A stretch of DNA of 53,919 nt from a virus (lineage: Duplodnaviria; Caudoviricetes): positions 1 through 53,919 of the IMG/VR virus record IMGVR_UViG_3300032285_000220; one strand, written 5' to 3'. Positions 27,876 through 36,281 of this stretch are shown here, piece by piece. The stretch's first letter is position 1. The number at the start of each line of letters is the position of its first letter. The notes under the pieces were generated by a model. That model ran no database searches, had not been told where the DNA came from, and saw only the letters and a list, made by a program, of their open reading frames with translations. A program made the translations under genes and the position numbers.

Positions 27876-28978
27876 AATTAATTAACTTATTTAATTGGGT
27901 GACTTCTTTAGTAGAGTCATTCACATTTTATGGTGGTGGTAACTCTGGTGGCGGAGGTGGTAATACTACATCTACTTCTTACTCTACTAACTTACCTGAA
28001 TATGCTAAGCCATACTATGAAGAGTTAATGAAGCAATCTGCGAAGCAGGTTTATACTACAGATTCTTCAGGTACAGTAACAGGTGTTCAACCTATGACCA
28101 CTTATTCAGGTGAACGTGTAGCAGGCTTTACTCCAGGTCAAACTGCTCTACAAGCTGAAACAATGGGTTTAAAAACGCCAGGTGAATTTGGTGCGTCTTC
28201 CGCAGGGTTAACCGCAGGACAATCTATGGGTTATGGTGCAGGGGCTGCTGGTTTGGGTCAAGCTTTTGGTTATACTCCTACAACATATACTGCAGGTACT
28301 TTTGGTGCTCCAGCGGCAGCGGCTTATATGTCTCCATATCAAACAGCAGTTACAGATATTGCGGTTCGTGAAGCTGAAAGAAAAGCAGCATTAGATAAAT
28401 CTGCTGGTGCTTTAGGGGCTATTGGTCGAGGTACCTTTGGCGGTGCTCGTCAAGCATTATTACAAGCTGAACAAGGTCGTAATGCTATGCAAACAATTGG
28501 TGACATTAGAGCTAAAGGTCAAGAATCAGCATTTCAAAATGCTCAAGCACAATTTGAACGAGATCGTGCAGCTCAAATGCAAGCAGCTCAATTATCACAA
28601 CAAGGTCAACAATATGCAGCTGGTTTAGGTAAAGATGTAGGTCTTGCTGGTTTAGCTGCTGGTATTGATACTTCAGGTAAACTTGGTGCTCTAGGTACTG
28701 CACAACAAACTGCTAACCTAGAACGATTAAAAGCTCAAGCTGCTACTGAAGGTGAAAAACAAGCACTACAACAACAAATTGATGATATGAAATATCAACA
28801 ATTCCAGGAAGCTCAAAACTATCCTAAGTCACAAGTTGAGTGGCTCAGTAATATTCTTCGTGGTAATGCAGGTGCTTTGGGTTCAACTCAGGTACAATAT
28901 ACTCCACAACCAAGTACAGCATCACAGATAGCCAGCTTAGGTTTATCTGGTCTTGCTCTTTCTAAAGCTTTATCATAG
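27872..28978 (+). CDS. Internal virion/ejection protein
   Basis: GGGGG..T...NLPEYAKPY; YMSPYQ.AV; G.FGGARQA; Gln/Ala-rich helices. Confidence 0.6.
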   Translation: MKLINLFNWVTSLVESFTFYGGGNSGGGGGNTTSTSYSTNLPEYAKPYYEELMKQSAKQVYTTDSSGTVTGVQPMTTYSGERVAGFTPGQTALQAETMGLKTPGEFGASSAGLTAGQSMGYGAGAAGLGQAFGYTPTTYTAGTFGAPAAAAYMSPYQTAVTDIAVREAERKAALDKSAGALGAIGRGTFGGARQALLQAEQGRNAMQTIGDIRAKGQESAFQNAQAQFERDRAAQMQAAQLSQQGQQYAAGLGKDVGLAGLAAGIDTSGKLGALGTAQQTANLERLKAQAATEGEKQALQQQIDDMKYQQFQEAQNYPKSQVEWLSNILRGNAGALGSTQVQYTPQPSTASQIASLGLSGLALSKALS

Positions 28979-28987
28979 GATAGATAT

Positions 28988-30322
28988 ATGTATAGTAAAT
29001 CTCATGTAGGTGGCATTGATTTAAATAGAGCTCTCAATGATTTAGTTCAAGCAGGACTAAGAGATCCTAATATACTTTTAAAGTATAGTCAAAATCCTCC
29101 ACCAGAATATGGTGCTAACGGTAAAATGTTAGTTAGCTTAGCAGCTAATGCTGTTGCTCGTGATAAACAAGCCGCTAAAACTATGCAGCCTACTCCTACT
29201 AAAACTGTTGCAGAACAAGTTAATAATAAATTAGCTGCTGCTACTCAACCGCAAGGTATTGCTGGTTTAACTAATCAAGCTCCTCCTACAGAAGCAGGTA
29301 TTAATACTCCACCAGCGGAACCAGCACCTCAATCTATGGATGGTGGCGTTGCTTCATTACCTGTTGATGAAGGTATGTATAATGAACAAAATTATGTAGG
29401 TGGTGGTATTGTTTCATTTGCTAAAGCTGGTCGTGTAGAAGCACCCGAAGATTATAATTACAAATATGGTTATGAATCTTATTATGATCAACCAACAGCA
29501 GCTTTAATGGAAGTACCTACAGTTCCTACTGATGAAGATTTAAAAACACAAACCCTTGCTCTTAAAAAAGGTTTTGTAGATCCTAATTTTTATGGCACTC
29601 AAGAAAAAACATTAGCTGATCAAACAGCACAAGATGTTGCTGAATCTAAAAAAATGGGTCAAGCAGATATTTATATGGCTTTAGCTGAAGGCTTTGGTAC
29701 TACTCCTGGTGGTTTATTAAAAGGCGCCACTGCAGCGGGAATTAAAGCACGCCCTGCTATTATGGAAATGAATAAAAACATTCTAGCTGCTAAACGTTCA
29801 AACCGTGATGCTATTAATAAACTTAATCAAGCTAAATATGCTGAATCTGTGGGTGACTTTAAAACAGCTATGGAACTTAGACAATCTGCTCAAAAAGATG
29901 CTTTTGAAGCTAAGAAAACTAATGCTACTCTTGAAACACAAATTGGAGTTGCACGTGCTAAAAATAAAGGTACTAAAGGTACTGATTTAGCAAAACTTAG
30001 ACGTGATATTGATAAACTAGCAGTAGAAGATTTTGAAAAGACTCATGGTGTAGGTTCATTTAATACTTTATTTATGAAGAATAAAGCTAAGTACTTAGAT
30101 GAATTTAATGCTCTTCGTAGACAACACGAAGACTATATACTTGGTGGTATTTCTGCTGATCCTACCAAAGAACAAACTAAGTTTAATGCTACTCAACCTT
30201 TAAGAGCTGCATCCAATAAAGGTAAAATAGTAAAAGCACCTAACGGTAAATCCTATAGACAAGTGGGCCCTAATCAATATGAACCTTTAGGTTCAGAGGA
30301 CGAAGAAGACGACAATGGCTAA
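28988..30322 (+). CDS. Internal virion/ejection protein
   Basis: AGGA RBS; helical, QGIAGL and GGIVSFA motifs; position before the giant gene. Confidence 0.55.
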   Translation: MYSKSHVGGIDLNRALNDLVQAGLRDPNILLKYSQNPPPEYGANGKMLVSLAANAVARDKQAAKTMQPTPTKTVAEQVNNKLAAATQPQGIAGLTNQAPPTEAGINTPPAEPAPQSMDGGVASLPVDEGMYNEQNYVGGGIVSFAKAGRVEAPEDYNYKYGYESYYDQPTAALMEVPTVPTDEDLKTQTLALKKGFVDPNFYGTQEKTLADQTAQDVAESKKMGQADIYMALAEGFGTTPGGLLKGATAAGIKARPAIMEMNKNILAAKRSNRDAINKLNQAKYAESVGDFKTAMELRQSAQKDAFEAKKTNATLETQIGVARAKNKGTKGTDLAKLRRDIDKLAVEDFEKTHGVGSFNTLFMKNKAKYLDEFNALRRQHEDYILGGISADPTKEQTKFNATQPLRAASNKGKIVKAPNGKSYRQVGPNQYEPLGSEDEEDDNG

Positions 30323-33300
30323 ATATTACACTGCTGAAGAGCTAGGGCTCAATCAAAGCAGTGAAGATCAAGAACCTGTTTCAAACAAGAAATATTTTAC
30401 TGCTGAAGAAATAGGCCTTACTCCTCAAAAAGAAGAAAAGCCTAAAGAAACTAAAAAGTTTTTAACAGCTGAAGATATTGGGTTACCTCCTGAAGAAGCT
30501 CCAAAAGAAACTACTAAAGAAGAATTAACACCTCCTACAAAACCTTCTGGTTGGACTAGAAGACTTCTTGGTGATCAAGCAGTTACATTAGCACAAGGTG
30601 CTGTTGGCCTTAGACAAATGATATCTGGAGTAGAAGATTTAATTAGCTTAGGTTATATTGGTAAAGCTAAAGATACTCTTCGTGATTTTTATAAAAGTCA
30701 TGGACTTCCTGTTCCCCCATCTGATGAAGATATTAGAACATCATTAGAAAATCTTAAATCTCCTCAACGATTATATAAAACTCAAGAAGCTGATATTGCA
30801 GCTCAAGAAGCGGCTAAAGGTAAGCCTTGGTATAAAGCGGTTCCAGCTGCTACATTAGAGTATGCTAAACGTCCTGAAGCAGCTCTTGATGTTGTAGAAC
30901 AATCTCTTCCATCTATGATTGGTAGTGAAGTTGCTATTGGTCGTAATTTATTACCTAAAGTATTTCCTAAATTAGGTGCTGTAAGTCGAAGCGCTATTTC
31001 TGAAGGTTCTGCTCAAGCTACATCAATGGCAGAACAAACACGTTTACAAAATGAAGATAAAGCTTTAACTCTTAAACAAGAAGCTGCATCTATTATAAGT
31101 GGTGTATTAACAGGAACTATGGGAGCTTTTGGGGGTAAGATTGCTCAAAAGTTAGGTTTAACTGATATTGATACTGTAATTGTAGGAGCTACAAGTAAAA
31201 CAGCTACAGCTGCAGAAAAGCAGGCAGCAAAAAGTGTATTAGCTCAAACTATTAAATCATCACTTGCTGAATCAACTTTAGAAGAACTTCCTCAATCTAT
31301 GCAAGAGCAAATTGCTCAAAACTATGCTACTGGTCGTCCATGGGATGAAGGCGTTGCAGAGGCTGGTGCAAAGGGACTTATTGCAGGTTTAGTAACTGCA
31401 GCTCCAATAACGGCTTACACTCAACATAAAGAAAATCAAGATATATATCAAAAGCAACGAGATGAACTTCATAAACAAACATTAGAAGAACAACAGAAAA
31501 AAGCTAATCCTACTCGCGATGCACAAATTAAAACTATATTTAAAGATTTAGATGAACAAGCAAAACAAACATTAGCGGAAAAACAAGCTGAAGCTGATAA
31601 ATTAAAATCAGCTCAACAAGCCCAAGTAGTTAACGAAGCTCAAGATTTGGAAAGTATGCCCGCTCCAGATCAAGGTATACTCACTGATACTACGTTAACT
31701 TCGTGGGGACTCAACAAAAACAGTAAAGCATATAAACAGTTAATTGGTAAAGACGTATCTACACCAGATGGCCGAAAGCTAATGGAGGATGCATTAGATG
31801 CACATACTGGTAAACTAAACGAACAAGCTGTAAGCACCTTTACAAATATTTTAGATCAGAAAGCTGAGGCAGCAAATGCAGGACTTGACACTGGAACAAC
31901 TACAATTAGCGATGCAATATCTGGAGGACAAAAATATGGAACTCCCGGAGGAACTCAAGGACGTTTCGGACCTACAACTAATATCAGTGGAAGTGTTGCT
32001 GGACTCACTCAAACTGGAGAAGAAACAAGCGACGATACATTAGCCGCTGAAGCAGAATCTAAATTATCTACAATCCCTGGATTCAAACGATTCTCTATTA
32101 AAAAAGCTGATGGCACAATATCTGAAGGTTGGACAAGAGATAATGCTACGGATATAGATGAACAGAAAGATGAAGAAGAAGCTAATGCTAATGAAGTTTT
32201 AAAAACTGAAGAAGACCTAGCACCTGACTTTAAAGTCACTCCTCAAAAAGTTAAAGCTGAAGAAGCTCCTGAAGTACCAACACAACAAAAGATAGGTAAA
32301 CAGTTAAAATCTCTTGATCCATCTAATCCTCTTATAGAAGGCCTATTAAATAATCAAGCTTCTGATGTAGAAATGGAAGAAGCTCAAAAAGCTATTAATG
32401 ATATTATTGCAGAACGTAAAGCTAAAAAAGTAGATCTTACTAAACCTTCAGAAATTGAAAGAGAAGAGTTTAATGTTGAAGATACTGATCTTGGTACCAA
32501 TCGTGAACTACAGCCTGAAGTAGTAGCATCAACAGCTAAAGCTAAAACATTAGGTCAAGCACTTAATATTATTCAAAATGAACATAGTGATAAAACAAGC
32601 GATGCTGAAAAGTCTATTATCAAAAAACTATTAAATATACCTAATCTAGTTCATACCAAATATCAAACAAAAACACTTAACAAATTTAAAAATACTAGAA
32701 TAGGTGGTACTTTTAATAGCCTTTTAAACAAAGTAACCTTAGATACTCAGTTTGGTAATGTTAAAGCGTTAATTCATGAAGCGGTACACTCAGCTACTGT
32801 TGCCGCCTTACGTAAAGCAGTCTATACAACACATCATGTAAACAAAAAGCTTAAGCAGGCTGGCATGAGTCCAGAAGATTATACTACTTCAGAACATGTA
32901 GGTAGAACTGAAGCTGGTAAACGTATGGTTAAAATATACAATGCTGCTTTGCAGAACTGGATGCAAAACGATAAAATTCTTAAACCGTATGGACTAAAAG
33001 ATATATTTGAGTTTACATCAGAAGCGTTATCTAATCCTGAGTTCCAAAAGTTTTTAGCAGATATACCTAGTGTTGAAGGTGGTAAAGCACAAATATCATC
33101 ACTATGGACAGACTTTGTAGAAGCAGTTAAGAAGCTTCTTAACCTAGGTGATATATCTAATACACTTCTAAATGATGTATTATCAGTTGCCCCTGAATTA
33201 ATGGAAGGTCCTAAAAAAGGTATTTTTGATAGGATTAGGGATGAAGCTTCGACAGCTGAATCCTTTGTCTATGAACAAAGAACTCAAGAAGAGATGGATC

Positions 33301-36041
33301 AACTACACGCTAGAACAGGTCAAACACGTAGACCTCGTCCTCCTAAACAAACTAAATTACAAAAGTTTGCAGCAGCTCCAATACAATCTACAGGTCAAGC
33401 AATCACTAACTTTAGAAAATGGGCATTCTCATTTGACTTTGCTGTAAATAAAAAGATACTTGATGCTATGAGAAAAGCGGGTGTTAGTATGACTGAACTA
33501 GCTAAAGCTCATATTGCATTAGAAATCTCACAAGCTTTACATGTTTCTGATATGGGAGATGCTTTCTTAGAAAGAGGTAATATAAGATTTGATCCTAGAA
33601 TATTTAAATTTTTAATTACTAACTCTAGATCTAGTATGAAAAATATTAGAGATAGAATTGATAAGTTAGCTAAGCAAAAGGGTATTGATCCTATAAAAAT
33701 GTTTGAGTATGCAAGCTCTGCATTTATTGCTAAACGTTCATTAGGTTTAAATCAACATAACGATAATCTTAAAACAGTCGTATTAAATCTTTTAAATAAA
33801 GGTAAACGTGCTGAAGCTGATGCTAGATTAAAAAGAGATTTTAAACTTGTTCATATGACTGATGCTGAAATAGAAGCAGGTTTAGAAATATTAAATGAAT
33901 ACCCTGAACTTAACGATGTCTTTGATATGTGGAATGATGTTCGTGCTAAGGTATTAAACTTTGCTAAAGACATGGGTTTATATGATACTTCAGGTGTAGA
34001 GCAACTATTAGAAATTATGGACTATGTTCCATTTAATCGTGTGTTTGAAGATGCAGAAGGCGAACGTCAAGTTGGTGGTAGAAAAGAATATACAAGAGGT
34101 TTACTTGATGCTGCCAGAGATCCTAAGTTTAAAGGTAGCTATAGAGAAATCAATAATGTGTTTGATAACATGGACAATTGGGTTAAATACATTATTAAAA
34201 AAGGTATTAATAATCACGCAGCTAAAACAAAGATTGATTTTTACAAACAATATATACCTGATGATATTAAAAAGACTACAGGTCAAAAACGTGGTCCTAA
34301 AGCTAATCCTAACTCAGTGCAGATTTGGGAAAATGTAATGGTTAATGGTGAGGAGAGAAATGTTCTTAACCGTTATGACTTCCAAGGTTTTGATGCAAAA
34401 GATATGGTTGATGGGTTTACAGGATTAGAACCTGCACTTATTAATGGCTTAAGAGATTATAGTGGTTATACGCATTGGTTAAGACAAAACATTGTTCTTT
34501 ATCCTTTATTCTCTCTATCACAAGTTTGTCAGGATACTCTTTCTGCTTTAACTTTATCAGGCGTTAAATATCCTATTATGCTGCCTTTACAAGTTATTAA
34601 AGAAATAGCTTTATCTCCTGTTGGATTAAGTCAAGCACGTAAAAGACTAAAAGAAGCTGTTATTGTAGGCGCACATGACTATTCAAAAGAATATGATCGC
34701 ATAGATAAATTAGCATCTGAAGATGGTAAGAAATACAAAACATGGAGAGCTATTAAGAAAGCTGCGCTATCACCTTTTACTGCTTTAGCTATGGGTTCTG
34801 ATAACGTTATTAGACAAGCTATCTATGCACAAACTATGTTAGAAACAAACAACGAAGCTTTAGCTATGCATAGAGCTGCAGAAATTATTAACTTTAGAAG
34901 AACAGGTTCAGGTCAAATAATTAACATTATGAGACAACTAGTTCCTTTCGTAGGTGCTAACTTACAAGCATTACATGTGTCTGGTGCTACTGTATTTGGT
35001 GAAGGTATTACTCCTGATACTAGATGGAACAACTTTAAACGTTTTGTATTAAATGGTTCTCAAGTCATGATTTTAACTTTGTTGTATTGTGCAATGATGA
35101 GTGACGATGATGACTATAAAAAACTAGATCCTGCGGAAAGAGATGGTTTCTTTATACTACCTGGTGGTTATAAGATTCCAATAAGAACTGACTTTAGTGG
35201 TTTATTCTTTAAAACATTTGCTGAACATTTATATCAAAGATTTATTGAACGTAGTGAAGATTCTAAAAAAATGAATAAAGCATTACAAGCAGGGTTAATT
35301 AAAGCTTTATCTATTCCTTCTGCTATGCCTGCTGTAACTAAACCTGCAGTAGAAGCAACTTTAAATTATAACTTCTATACTAAGAGACCTCTTATTGGTC
35401 AAAGTCAAGAAGGACTTGAACCTGAACTACAATATAGCCCAAAACATACTACTCAATTAGCTATGTTATTAGGTGAAAATTCAGGAGTATCTCCTCTTGT
35501 TTATGATAATGCTATCAGAGAATTATTAGGTTCTACTTCAGCAGTAATTAACTTTTTTACAGAAAATATGATTGCTGACATGAGAGGTGAAACTTTACCA
35601 GAGAAAACATTAAGAGAAAAATTATTAATGCTTCCTAACTTTAATTCATTTTTAGTTAAACAATATGGCACTCGTGAAATGAATGATTTATATGAATTAA
35701 ATGATGAAGTTAATAAAGCTTATCAATCATATAAGAAGTTTGAAAAACTAGCTGTTGATGAAAAAGGTCAAAAAGAATTTGAAGAATATATTAAATCAAA
35801 ACAAAATCTACTTGATTTACAACCATTAATGCAGGACATTTCACAACAATTAAAAATATTAAGAGATTATGAAAACCAAGTTATCACTGATAGTGCTATT
35901 AAAGGTCCTGAAAAACGTAAGATATTAAACGATATTGAAGAGCAAAGACGTGATATGTTGAAATATGAAGTTGATAGAGAAGATCAATCTAAAACTAGAA
36001 ATATTCAACAGTTAAGAGAACAAGCAGGATTTAACGAATAA
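30315..36041 (+). CDS. Large polyvalent/internal virion protein with zincin-like HExxH domain and LPD38-like C-terminus
   Basis: 1908 aa; ALIHEAVHSAT...EFTSEALSNPEFQ; C-terminal INFRRTG...LVPF...DDDYKKL...ERD.FFILP...EATLNYNFYTKRPL pattern. Confidence 0.7.
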   Translation: MAKYYTAEELGLNQSSEDQEPVSNKKYFTAEEIGLTPQKEEKPKETKKFLTAEDIGLPPEEAPKETTKEELTPPTKPSGWTRRLLGDQAVTLAQGAVGLRQMISGVEDLISLGYIGKAKDTLRDFYKSHGLPVPPSDEDIRTSLENLKSPQRLYKTQEADIAAQEAAKGKPWYKAVPAATLEYAKRPEAALDVVEQSLPSMIGSEVAIGRNLLPKVFPKLGAVSRSAISEGSAQATSMAEQTRLQNEDKALTLKQEAASIISGVLTGTMGAFGGKIAQKLGLTDIDTVIVGATSKTATAAEKQAAKSVLAQTIKSSLAESTLEELPQSMQEQIAQNYATGRPWDEGVAEAGAKGLIAGLVTAAPITAYTQHKENQDIYQKQRDELHKQTLEEQQKKANPTRDAQIKTIFKDLDEQAKQTLAEKQAEADKLKSAQQAQVVNEAQDLESMPAPDQGILTDTTLTSWGLNKNSKAYKQLIGKDVSTPDGRKLMEDALDAHTGKLNEQAVSTFTNILDQKAEAANAGLDTGTTTISDAISGGQKYGTPGGTQGRFGPTTNISGSVAGLTQTGEETSDDTLAAEAESKLSTIPGFKRFSIKKADGTISEGWTRDNATDIDEQKDEEEANANEVLKTEEDLAPDFKVTPQKVKAEEAPEVPTQQKIGKQLKSLDPSNPLIEGLLNNQASDVEMEEAQKAINDIIAERKAKKVDLTKPSEIEREEFNVEDTDLGTNRELQPEVVASTAKAKTLGQALNIIQNEHSDKTSDAEKSIIKKLLNIPNLVHTKYQTKTLNKFKNTRIGGTFNSLLNKVTLDTQFGNVKALIHEAVHSATVAALRKAVYTTHHVNKKLKQAGMSPEDYTTSEHVGRTEAGKRMVKIYNAALQNWMQNDKILKPYGLKDIFEFTSEALSNPEFQKFLADIPSVEGGKAQISSLWTDFVEAVKKLLNLGDISNTLLNDVLSVAPELMEGPKKGIFDRIRDEASTAESFVYEQRTQEEMDQLHARTGQTRRPRPPKQTKLQKFAAAPIQSTGQAITNFRKWAFSFDFAVNKKILDAMRKAGVSMTELAKAHIALEISQALHVSDMGDAFLERGNIRFDPRIFKFLITNSRSSMKNIRDRIDKLAKQKGIDPIKMFEYASSAFIAKRSLGLNQHNDNLKTVVLNLLNKGKRAEADARLKRDFKLVHMTDAEIEAGLEILNEYPELNDVFDMWNDVRAKVLNFAKDMGLYDTSGVEQLLEIMDYVPFNRVFEDAEGERQVGGRKEYTRGLLDAARDPKFKGSYREINNVFDNMDNWVKYIIKKGINNHAAKTKIDFYKQYIPDDIKKTTGQKRGPKANPNSVQIWENVMVNGEERNVLNRYDFQGFDAKDMVDGFTGLEPALINGLRDYSGYTHWLRQNIVLYPLFSLSQVCQDTLSALTLSGVKYPIMLPLQVIKEIALSPVGLSQARKRLKEAVIVGAHDYSKEYDRIDKLASEDGKKYKTWRAIKKAALSPFTALAMGSDNVIRQAIYAQTMLETNNEALAMHRAAEIINFRRTGSGQIINIMRQLVPFVGANLQALHVSGATVFGEGITPDTRWNNFKRFVLNGSQVMILTLLYCAMMSDDDDYKKLDPAERDGFFILPGGYKIPIRTDFSGLFFKTFAEHLYQRFIERSEDSKKMNKALQAGLIKALSIPSAMPAVTKPAVEATLNYNFYTKRPLIGQSQEGLEPELQYSPKHTTQLAMLLGENSGVSPLVYDNAIRELLGSTSAVINFFTENMIADMRGETLPEKTLREKLLMLPNFNSFLVKQYGTREMNDLYELNDEVNKAYQSYKKFEKLAVDEKGQKEFEEYIKSKQNLLDLQPLMQDISQQLKILRDYENQVITDSAIKGPEKRKILNDIEEQRRDMLKYEVDREDQSKTRNIQQLREQAGFNE
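31876..32043 (+). CDS. Overprinted 55-aa acidic helical protein nested (+1 frame) in the large gene
   Basis: GAGG RBS at 31866-31869; MQDLTLEQLQLAMQYLEDKNMELPEELKDVSDLQLISVEVLLDSLKLEKKQATIH. The host frame here is a low-complexity Gly/Thr linker with atypical codons. Confidence 0.6.
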   Translation: MQDLTLEQLQLAMQYLEDKNMELPEELKDVSDLQLISVEVLLDSLKLEKKQATIH

Positions 36042-36281
36042 TTATAGTCGCCAGACTCGAATACCTTTAACACCATCTTCAATAACAACTTTGTGAACGA
36101 ACTGAAACTCTAGTCGTTCACTTTCTTTTTGGATAGCTTTAATAGCTGCCTCTGTATCAATAGCAGGTATAAAGATAGATGAGCCTGGTACAAACGCAGG
36201 CCAATCAATCTGATAATTTACGCCGTTAGTTAACACTTCGTGGTATATCCAATGGTAAGTCGTTAGTCTTAATTCCTTCAA
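36042..36281 (-). CDS. Hypothetical protein (start uncertain, possibly GTG at 36236)
   Basis: IDWPAFVPGSSIFIP...EDGVKGIRVWRL; overlaps the primase stop. Confidence 0.6.
   Translation of the reverse strand: MKELRLTTYHWIYHEVLTNGVNYQIDWPAFVPGSSIFIPAIDTEAAIKAIQKESERLEFQFVHKVVIEDGVKGIRVWRL

Noticed and set aside
2696-35000. Many short antisense or alternative-frame ORFs in the late arm (e.g. 6019-6285, 7415-7681, 10413-10604, 17645-17896, 23373-23621)
   Set aside because: They are shadows of Gly/Thr/Ala-rich genes, whose codons rarely create stops in those frames; none has an RBS or a codon anomaly.
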